Shown here: positions 1 to 6,386 of the stretch, piece after piece
How the letters are laid out: each line of letters starts with the position of its first letter
How positions within the stretch are numbered: the first letter of the stretch is position 1
NCBI GenBank assembly: GCA_038248345.1
Contig: JBBRXO010000075.1
Span: 1-13,407 of the forward strand
Length of the DNA: 13,407 nucleotides
Reading direction: 5' to 3'
Origin: Armatimonadota bacterium
GTDB taxonomy: Bacteria; Armatimonadota; Hebobacteria; CAIYQO01
Program-made: the position numbers and the translations under genes
Notes under the pieces: model-generated
The model's input: the letters and a program-made list of their open reading frames with translations, nothing else
Database searches by the model: none
Told to the model about the DNA's origin: nothing

Positions 1-1
1 G

Positions 2-1732
2 ATGCCCGCCGAGGGCTATTCCTTCATCGTCAACGCTGGCGGATTATCCCCCGGCATGGCCACCTTCCCGGCGGCCTTTTATAATATCGGCAATGCGCAG
101 CGGGTGAAAATCCAGGCCACTATCGGCGCGCTACCCGCGCACACCGCGTATTTCGCCTATCTGGTGCAGGGGTCCGGCACCGAGAATGTCCCCATCTGGG
201 GAGTGCTGGATACTGCGGATAGCGGCACCCTGTACATAACCATTAGCGGTGCCCAGAGCTACACCGTGTCAGTTAATCAAGGCGTATTCTGGTTGCCGCG
301 TGCGGGTGGGCTGCAGTTTTTCGCGCCCGCCGCATTGCGCTTCGTATCAGATAGCACCGACATCACGCTGTTGCGAAATATCGGGCCGCAGGGGAATTCG
401 TTATTTCTGAAGGTGGCGGGCATCGTTCAAAGCACCCTAAGCCACACCTTTCCGGCGGGGCTGGCCATGATCAGCCTGCCCCTCACCCCGCAGGAGACCG
501 ACGCCAAAAAACTCTTCGACCCAACCAATACCATAGCTAACTTCAAGCTCGCCTGGTTTGATCCTACTTTGCCCGCCACCGGTGACCAATACCGCCAATA
601 TCCGGCGATCGGTCCCCTCACCGTTGGGCAGGGGTATTGGGTATCACTTCCCGATATGCGCAAAGTAGATATGGCGGGGTTGCCTCCTACCGAGGCGCAA
701 TCGAGCATGGTGCTGCAACCGGGGTGGAACATGATCGGCAACCTGTATAACTATACCGTCAACCCGTGGGCGATGACGGTGCAGAGCGGCATCATCAGCT
801 ATCGCCTGAGCGATGCCATGACGAAAAACCTGGTCAGCCCGGCCTGGATGTATAACAGCGCCACTGCCGGATATGAGGCGCACAATACCCTGCAACCGTG
901 GGAGGGCGCGTGGCTCTACAACAAAACCGGCGGCACCCTGACACTGCGCCAGGACGCGGCGGCGCGCAGCCGTAGCCTGGGTACCGATAACACCACTACC
1001 ATGAAGTTGCTGACCGCTGGCGGCTGGGGAATGGCGTTGCAGGCACAATCAGGGGTGGGTAGCGACATTATATATCTGGGCGTTTCGCCCAAGGTGAGTA
1101 ATGGCGTACACGGCCTGGATTGGCTGAAGCCCCCCAGTATCGGTGCCGGGACGCGCCTGGCCTTTGTGCTGCCCGCGGCCCGTACCGCTGGCGCTGCCTA
1201 TGCCAGCGACATCCGCCCGATGGTGACGATGCCGGAAACCAGCTGGGAATTCCAGGTGACACCCACCGGTACGCAGGCAATTGTCAGTTGGCCGGAGTTC
1301 CCCCGCGAGGCCAGCGGCTACCGTTTCGTGTTGGAAGATTTGACCACCGGCGGTAAGCAGGAGATGCGCACCACCGTGAATTATCGCTATACCCCAGGCA
1401 AAAACGAGACTGCGCGGAGCTTCCGCGTGCTCGTGTCGCCGCGCACCGGCACCCTGCTGAACTTCACCAAATTGCAGGTCACCATTATCCCGCGCGGCCT
1501 GCAGGTGGACTTCGCCCTCAACACACCGGCGGAGTTACAACTCGAGATTCGCACGCTGGCCGGCAAACCCATCCGCACCCTGATCGTCCCCGCTGGTGAG
1601 AAAACCGTCATCTGGGATGGCCGTGACACAGCCGGCAACGCCGTACCGCACGGCACCTACCAGCTGAACTTCACCGCCCGCACCCCCGAAGGAGCCGTGA
1701 CCCACATGACATCACTGGGAATGTTGAAATAA
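2..1732 (+). CDS. Large secreted/surface protein, C-terminal part (probably 5'-truncated by the window), ending in an FlgD-Ig-like domain
   Basis: 576-aa ORF open from the window edge. Beta-rich segments (GLAMISLPLTP..GQGYWV, LQPGWNMIGN) and a C-terminal FlgD_ig-type motif (LEIRTLAGKPIRTL..VIWDGRDTAGNAVPHGTY). No signal peptide at the listed ATG, so the true start is probably upstream. Confidence 0.75.
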   Translation: MPAEGYSFIVNAGGLSPGMATFPAAFYNIGNAQRVKIQATIGALPAHTAYFAYLVQGSGTENVPIWGVLDTADSGTLYITISGAQSYTVSVNQGVFWLPRAGGLQFFAPAALRFVSDSTDITLLRNIGPQGNSLFLKVAGIVQSTLSHTFPAGLAMISLPLTPQETDAKKLFDPTNTIANFKLAWFDPTLPATGDQYRQYPAIGPLTVGQGYWVSLPDMRKVDMAGLPPTEAQSSMVLQPGWNMIGNLYNYTVNPWAMTVQSGIISYRLSDAMTKNLVSPAWMYNSATAGYEAHNTLQPWEGAWLYNKTGGTLTLRQDAAARSRSLGTDNTTTMKLLTAGGWGMALQAQSGVGSDIIYLGVSPKVSNGVHGLDWLKPPSIGAGTRLAFVLPAARTAGAAYASDIRPMVTMPETSWEFQVTPTGTQAIVSWPEFPREASGYRFVLEDLTTGGKQEMRTTVNYRYTPGKNETARSFRVLVSPRTGTLLNFTKLQVTIIPRGLQVDFALNTPAELQLEIRTLAGKPIRTLIVPAGEKTVIWDGRDTAGNAVPHGTYQLNFTARTPEGAVTHMTSLGMLK

Positions 1733-1769
1733 CGACGGACGTAACGTGGGCTTCGCCCAAAATCCAATT

Positions 1770-1796
1770 GTAGGGGCACAAGGCTTGTGCCCCTAC
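1770..1796. repeat. GTAG-type REP-like perfect palindrome
   Basis: GTAGGGGCACAAG-G-CTTGTGCCCCTAC: 13-bp perfect inverted repeat starting with GTAG, intergenic. A smaller hairpin TGGGC-TTC-GCCCA lies at 1747-1759. Confidence 0.7.
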
Positions 1797-1929
1797 TTAA
1801 GCGCTAACATGGTCTTCACCCGCTTTTTCCTGTAGAATATTTGCAATCACTTCAACCGGTATTGCTTTTGTGAGGGCGCGCGTGGCGCGTGTCCTTTCCG
1901 GGGGCTGGAAGTGAGTAGAGGATTTTATA

Positions 1930-2931
1930 ATGGCAACAAAGATAGCAGTTATTGGCGCGGGAGCCTGGGGGACGACGCTGGCCCGGTTACTTAGCGGGAA
2001 TGGGCATGCGGTGACGCTGTGGGTGCGCGAGGAGGAGCTGGCCGCGGAGATGGCACAGACGCGCGTGAACAGCGCCTTCCTGCCCGGTTTTACGCTGCCG
2101 CCCGAGCTGCAGATATCCCACGATCTTGTCGCCGCTACTGCCGATGCCGAGTTGCTGGTGATGGCGGTGCCCAGCCGCTGGATGCGTACCAGCGCGGCCG
2201 AATTGGGCCGCGCACTGCCGGCGCACCCGCCAGCGCTGGTGACGGTGACCAAGGGGTTGGAGATTGAAACCGGCAAGCGCATGAGCGAGATAATCGGTGA
2301 GGAGATTCCCGCGTTGCCGGCAATTGCCGCGCTCTCTGGGCCGAACCTGGCGCTGGAGATTGCCGCCGGGCAGCCCGCCGCCACGGTGATCGCCAGTAGC
2401 GATACCGCACTGGCGCAGCAAGCCCAGGGGCTGTTTAATGCGCCGCATTTTCGTCCCTATACCGGCTCGGACATCATCGGGCTGGAGGTGTGCGGGGCGG
2501 TGAAGAACGTGCTGGCGATTGCCACCGGCATCTGTGAAGGGCTGGGGTACGGCGACAACACCCGCGCCGCGTTGCTCACCCGTGCGCTGGCGGAGATTTG
2601 CCGGCTAACGCTGCACCTGGGCGGCAAAGCGGAGACGGTGAGCGGCCTGGCCGGGGTGGGCGACCTGCTGGCCACCTGCGCTAGTCCGTTGAGCCGCAAC
2701 CACCGCGTGGGGTTGGCGATCGGGCACGGTGGCGATTATCGTACCGCGCTGGGCGACAGCGGCCAGGTGGCCGAGGGCGTGCCCACCACCGAGGCAGTGG
2801 TGCGGCTGGCGCGCCGTCTGGGCGTGGAGATGCCCATCTGCGAGCAGGTTTACCAGATAATATTCGAAGGCGCTTCCCCGGCTGACGGCGTAAAAATATT
2901 GATGTCACGCGCGCCGAAACGAGAAGAGTGA
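1930..2931 (+). CDS. gpsA: NAD(P)H-dependent glycerol-3-phosphate dehydrogenase
   Basis: Rossmann motif IAVIGAGAWGT, TKGLE, LSGPNLA, catalytic GAVKNVLAIA, GLAGVGDLLATC.S.LSRN and VAEGVPT; 333 aa; GAGGA RBS at 1918-1922. Confidence 0.97.
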   Translation: MATKIAVIGAGAWGTTLARLLSGNGHAVTLWVREEELAAEMAQTRVNSAFLPGFTLPPELQISHDLVAATADAELLVMAVPSRWMRTSAAELGRALPAHPPALVTVTKGLEIETGKRMSEIIGEEIPALPAIAALSGPNLALEIAAGQPAATVIASSDTALAQQAQGLFNAPHFRPYTGSDIIGLEVCGAVKNVLAIATGICEGLGYGDNTRAALLTRALAEICRLTLHLGGKAETVSGLAGVGDLLATCASPLSRNHRVGLAIGHGGDYRTALGDSGQVAEGVPTTEAVVRLARRLGVEMPICEQVYQIIFEGASPADGVKILMSRAPKREE

Positions 2932-2992
2932 AAACCTTCCTGCGACAACAGTGTCAAATCAGCTATACATCCCAAGTGAAAGGCAAATAGAA

Positions 2993-3772
2993 ATGAATAA
3001 ACAGCATCTCGTGGCCGCGTTGGCAGCGTTCTCCCTGCTGGCGTGCGGCCTGGCCGCCCAGGCTACCCCGACGTTGGCGGGCCCCAGTGGGCTGGCAGTA
3101 TTGCCGGATACCACCACCACCGCGCCGGATTATCTCGACATCGCGCTGGATTACCACGCAAGTGACAGCGACACCGGACTGGATGGCGTGACCGCGGCCC
3201 GTGGAACACTGGGCATATCGAAGAATTCGGAGTTCGGCATGAGCTATCGAATGCTGCAAGGCGCGACCAGCCATACCACTGACTACGATATCAACTACAA
3301 GTATACGGGCAAAATTGCTGGCACCCGGCTGGCCGCTGGCGCGCAATTCTTTGTCATTGACAACGAAGCGAGCGGCACCGGCGAGAATACCCGCGGCGCG
3401 CAAATATATGTGGCAGCCACGCGCGAACTCACCCGCCCGCGTACCCATTTGCCGGACACTGACCTCACCGTGGGGGTAAATTACACCTCCCTGCACAGTG
3501 GCACCGGAGTGAACCCGGCGGCCTTCCGCCCCTTCGCCACCCTCTCCGTGGATATGCCCGCACAACTGAAGCTGAACCTAGAAGCGCAGGCAGGCAACGG
3601 CAACCTCGACAGCAAGCCCCTCACCAGCGTATCCGTCACCCGCAACCTCGGCAAAGGCTACGCCGCCCAGGCGGGGATGAGCAACCTGAAGAACAACCTC
3701 TTCGGCGGCGACGACCAACGCCTCTTCTTCGGCATCAGCTACCACATGTACAACGGACTGGGAACGAAGTAG
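2993..3772 (+). CDS. Secreted protein, probable outer-membrane beta-barrel (YjbH-like N-terminus)
   Basis: The ATG at 2993 gives a signal peptide (MNKQHLVAALAAFSLLACGLAAQA). A GPSGLAVLPDT motif follows, then alternating amphipathic strands and a C-terminal strand RLFFGISYHM. Confidence 0.6.
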   Translation: MNKQHLVAALAAFSLLACGLAAQATPTLAGPSGLAVLPDTTTTAPDYLDIALDYHASDSDTGLDGVTAARGTLGISKNSEFGMSYRMLQGATSHTTDYDINYKYTGKIAGTRLAAGAQFFVIDNEASGTGENTRGAQIYVAATRELTRPRTHLPDTDLTVGVNYTSLHSGTGVNPAAFRPFATLSVDMPAQLKLNLEAQAGNGNLDSKPLTSVSVTRNLGKGYAAQAGMSNLKNNLFGGDDQRLFFGISYHMYNGLGTK

Positions 3773-3801
3773 GAAATACTGTGCCAGTATCGGTTGACTT
3801 A

Positions 3802-3838
3802 CCCCCCCCCCCCCCCTCCCGCGCCGGGGAGGGAGGGG
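3802..3838. repeat. C15 homopolymer plus CCCCTCCC/GGGAGGGG hairpin
   Basis: C run at 3802-3816; 8-bp stem CCCCTCCC (3813-3820) / GGGAGGGG (3831-3838), 30 nt after the stop codon of the barrel gene. Confidence 0.5.
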
Positions 3839-3920
3839 AGTAAAACCACGGTCATTGGGGCACGCATAACGAAAATGGAAACTCCTGAATATTGTGACCG
3901 GAATGTCGTTTTTAGTGACA

Positions 3921-4049
3921 AGCCGTCCTCCCGGGACCAGCCGTGAACGACCATGCTGGCAGGCCTCCGGCCAATCGTTCCCGTCCGAAGGACGATCGGC
4001 GTAGCCCACTAGCCCAGCCGTTCACGGCTGGGCGAACAGGACGGGAGCT
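3921..4049. repeat. Structured intergenic element (REP/REPIN-like long hairpin)
   Basis: Perfect 13-bp inverted repeat at 3937-3949 / 4019-4031; local palindrome GCCCAGCCGT-TC-ACGGCTGGGC at 4012-4033; outer stem CCGTCCT/AGGACGG; inner CGTCC-GAA-GGACG hairpin. Confidence 0.55.
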
Positions 4050-4101
4050 AAAAATGATAATCCAGATGTTGTCTCCGATATGCATACAATCACCTACGAT
4101 G

Positions 4102-4110
4102 TGGTATACT
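4102..4110 (+). promoter_or_regulatory. Extended -10 promoter of ssrA
   Basis: TG-G-TATACT, 22 nt upstream of the mature tmRNA 5' end; no clear -35. Confidence 0.6.
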
Positions 4111-4132
4111 AAATAAGTCACAGTGACCACGT

Positions 4133-4520
4133 GGGGGCGCAATTGGTTTCGACGGGGATTTGCGGTGGCGTTAGATGCGAGTCGAGTCGCCTGGTCTCGT
4201 TAAAATGGGCAAAAAACAATAAATGCCAATAACAACAACACACAGCTCGCGCTCGCTGCCTAAAAACAGCTAGCAGAGCATGGTAGCTACGGCTACCCGT
4301 CTCCGTCCGTGCTCGAATCGGTAGGTCACGGCGAGGCGACAAAAAAATCCGATTATGCCGGCCACTTCCGCTCTGTAGTGCGCCGAAAGAAAACAACCAG
4401 GGCTGGTGGGGTGGACGCTGACGGAGACGCTCCCCCCATAAGAAAATTCTCCGCCTACACTCGTAGAAGCTAACGTGGCCTGGTCTTCGGACGGGGGTTC
4501 AACTCCCCCCGCCTCCACCA
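4133..4520 (+). ncRNA. ssrA: tmRNA (transfer-messenger RNA)
   Basis: 5' GGGGGCG..GGTTTCGAC pairs with 3' CGCCTCC-A-CCA, including the G3:U Ala identity pair. T-arm GGGGG-TTCAACT-CCCCC at 4493-4509. Tag reading frame at 4225-4263 encodes ANNNNTQLALAA*. Length 388 nt. Confidence 0.97.
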
Positions 4521-4660
4521 TCCTTCGCTAAAGCTACGGCTGGCAAGCCGTGGTTTTAGCGAAGGATGGTGCGCGCCATAGCCCGAAGAATGAGGGCGAC
4601 GGCGGGCTGTTTACCTTTTAACTTAGTGATTTGATCCCTAATACTACGGCTGGCAAGCCG
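4516..4660. repeat. Cluster of related palindromic repeats abutting the tmRNA 3' end
   Basis: 26-bp hairpin at 4516-4541 / 4546-4571 (2 G:U pairs); a second degenerate reversed unit at 4571-4607; exact 17-bp direct repeat CTACGGCTGGCAAGCCG at 4534-4550 and 4644-4660. Confidence 0.85.
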
Positions 4661-4661
4661 C

Positions 4662-4690
4662 TTGCTTGAATTCACAGAAACTCGTACAAT
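4662..4690 (+). promoter_or_regulatory. Sigma70-type promoter for the GIY-YIG gene (leaderless or near-leaderless mRNA)
   Basis: TTGCTT (4662-4667) - 17 nt - TACAAT (4685-4690). The ATG lies 8 nt after the -10 and there is no Shine-Dalgarno. Confidence 0.6.
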
Positions 4691-4698
4691 ATCAGCCA

Positions 4699-4947
4699 AT
4701 GAAGTACGTCTACATAATCCAAAGTATCTCACAACCTGATGAGTACTATACCGGCATCACCGATGACTTCAACAAACGTCTGAAAGCTCATAATGCCGGC
4801 AAGTCCTTCCACACGACGAAGCATTTTTCCTGGAAAGTTGTTGTGGTAATCTGCTTCGCAGATCGCCAACGAGCAATCGACTTTGAACTGTATTTAAAAT
4901 CCGGCTCTGGGCGTGCCTTTGCTCTCAAGCATTTTCGAAGTCGATAG
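4699..4947 (+). CDS. Small stand-alone GIY-YIG nuclease family protein (UPF0213/SLX1-like)
   Basis: 82 aa from ATG 4699: KYVYII..YYTG (the GIY-YIG motifs), RLKAHNAG (Arg/His), AIDFELYLKSGSGR (metal-binding Glu). The catalytic residues look intact. Confidence 0.9.
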   Translation: MKYVYIIQSISQPDEYYTGITDDFNKRLKAHNAGKSFHTTKHFSWKVVVVICFADRQRAIDFELYLKSGSGRAFALKHFRSR

Positions 4948-4981
4948 AGATAGACGCAATCTTTATCATCATTAAGACAAT

Positions 4982-5440
4982 ATGCAACCAATCAAACCAA
5001 CCATGCTAAACAAACTCTGTACGCGCCCTGTGGCTATTTCAGGGGTACTTGGCGCCTACGCGTTGGATTTGGCCTTGATAATGATACTCATGGATGTAAT
5101 CACACTTCCGGCTATTGTCGCGGATAGGTGGTTTTTGCTGTACTCACCCATTGCGTTCATCTCATCCACACTGCTGGGGATTATCATCGGTATGGCCATA
5201 TTTTGGCCGTTAGTCAGAGTCATCTGCAGTAAAATCAACGGAGCGCCACTGCGGCCTGGCGATCGAGTTATGATATTGAGTGGTTTATACAAAAATAGCG
5301 TTGCGGTTGTTTCCGGAAAAATCAAAGGGCAAGGTGGTTGGGAGCTTGCGATACTGAATTTCGGTTCAGAACAAAATGGGCAAACTGGTGTATATGAGGA
5401 ATATGAATTGCTATGGATCGGAAGAACCGAATCAGATTAG
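4982..5440 (+). CDS. Hypothetical membrane protein: two TM helices plus a KOW/SH3-like C-terminal region
   Basis: Two long hydrophobic segments, then LRPGDRVMILSGLYKNSVAVV, which resembles a KOW motif. AT-rich. The start could instead be the ATG at 5003. Confidence 0.6.
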   Translation: MQPIKPTMLNKLCTRPVAISGVLGAYALDLALIMILMDVITLPAIVADRWFLLYSPIAFISSTLLGIIIGMAIFWPLVRVICSKINGAPLRPGDRVMILSGLYKNSVAVVSGKIKGQGGWELAILNFGSEQNGQTGVYEEYELLWIGRTESD

Positions 5441-5506
5441 GACTTGTTGTGCTTGAACAATATCAGCGATATCTGCAAATTCCAGAAGAGGAGAAAGAGT
5501 CTATCT

Positions 5507-5911
5507 TTATGTCGTAGACATTGGACGTACTACTATATGGCCACGAAAGAACTCCGTCAAATGCTCTTTCGAACGCTCACCGCGGGCGACGCTCCAGACT
5601 TGTGCTTCGAATTCATCTTCGGTTGCTGATAGATCGAACCCATTGCAATCAAGAAAGACAAAGGCAACCATGGCACCAACCCGCTTATTCCCATCAATGA
5701 AGGGGTGATTGGTGACCAGGTGGAACAGATAAGCTGCCGCCATCGCCGGCACATCGGGATGCAACAACTGCTCGCCAAATCCTGCTAACGGCATGGCTAA
5801 TGCGGATTCAAGCAACCCCTCGTCTCGTATGCCGGATATGCCGCCATAACGCAGGATCATATCCGCATGGATGATCAACGCGTCCTCGCTAGTCAGAAAC
5901 GTGACGTCCAT
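5507..5911 (-). CDS. doc: Type II TA toxin, death-on-curing (Doc/Fic) family
   Basis: 134 aa; N-terminal IHADMILRYGG..GIRDEGLLESAL; Doc-type Fic motif HPFIDGNKRVG. Confidence 0.93.
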   Translation of the reverse strand: MDVTFLTSEDALIIHADMILRYGGISGIRDEGLLESALAMPLAGFGEQLLHPDVPAMAAAYLFHLVTNHPFIDGNKRVGAMVAFVFLDCNGFDLSATEDEFEAQVWSVARGERSKEHLTEFFRGHIVVRPMSTT

Positions 5912-5914
5912 ATA

Positions 5915-6142
5915 TTAACCCGCCAGCTTCTTCAGCATCCGCGCATAACGGGCATTGCCTGTCGCGAGCGAGGCTTCAATCTGGGCGCGTCGATTACCTT
6001 CCTGAACAGGTTCAATTATCAAGCGTGTGCCATCCGTTATAATCTCCAGTGGCGTATCATCGTCGATCTTCAGCAAGTCCAATATCGAACGGTCAATGAC
6101 CAGGGCACGGCTATTGCCATGCCGTGTCAACTTTTTGATCAT
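5915..6142 (-). CDS. AbrB/MazE/SpoVT-family antitoxin
   Basis: MIKKLTRHGNSRALVIDRSILDLLKI..LEIITDGTRLIIEP swapped-hairpin signature. GAGGAG lies 7 nt before the ATG at 6142. The gene ends 3 nt before the doc start. Confidence 0.9.
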   Translation of the reverse strand: MIKKLTRHGNSRALVIDRSILDLLKIDDDTPLEIITDGTRLIIEPVQEGNRRAQIEASLATGNARYARMLKKLAG

Positions 6143-6161
6143 CGTGTTTCTCCTCATGGTT

Positions 6162-6201
6162 AATGGTAGTACATTGTATCACCATTTCTCATTTTTATCT
6201 A
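6162..6201 (-). promoter_or_regulatory. TA operon promoter with overlapping operator palindrome
   Basis: Minus strand: TAGATA - 17 nt - TACAAT with a TG extension (6181-6173). It is overlapped by the inverted repeat AATGGTagTACA-T-TGTAtcACCATT (6162-6186). Confidence 0.6.
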
Positions 6202-6386
6202 TCTCAATATGACATCAATTCGACTTCACATCGGTAGAGCACTTTCTCCTCTTCTTCCCGACTATTCCCAAGCAGGCGAAACCTCGTGAATCTGCGCCTG
6301 CCGAATGCTGCGATGCGCTATTTTCGCGCCGGGCATTAAATGCTACACTTGTAGCTCGCATCAATCTCGTCCAATGGAGCCTTTTT

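Larger units (their letters stand above)
5484..6255. mobile_element. Putative non-autonomous cassette: TA module bounded by terminal inverted repeats
   Basis: AGAAGAGGAGAAAG (5484-5497) and its exact reverse complement CTTTCTCCTCTTCT (6242-6255), flanked by TCC on both sides (5481-5483, 6256-6258). No transposase. Confidence 0.45.

Noticed and set aside
1797..2384. 195-aa minus-strand ORF
   Set aside because: Antisense shadow of gpsA in GC-rich DNA; no recognisable motifs.
3955..4010. Resemblance to a c-di-GMP-I riboswitch (GCAGGCCTCCGGCC)
   Set aside because: The GGCAAACC..GAAA stem and the complementary 3' strand are missing, and no downstream CDS is positioned for control.
4270..4521. 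83-aa minus-strand ORF (MVEAGGVEPPS...)
   Set aside because: It is the antisense reading of the tmRNA 3' end, a common spurious ORF.
4534..4660. CRISPR array interpretation of the 17-bp direct repeats
   Set aside because: Only two exact copies, 110 bp apart, with mixed orientations of related units and no cas genes.
4944..5510. 11/12 inverted match ATAGAGATAGAC (4944-4955) / GTCTATCTTTAT (5499-5510) around the membrane-protein gene
   Set aside because: Short, AT-rich, overlaps stop codons and has no flanking direct repeat, so it is compatible with chance.
4948..6386. Integron attC or dif-like sites between the small accessory genes
   Set aside because: No RYYYAAC...GTTRRRY-bounded hairpins and no XerC/D-like 28-bp sites were recognised.
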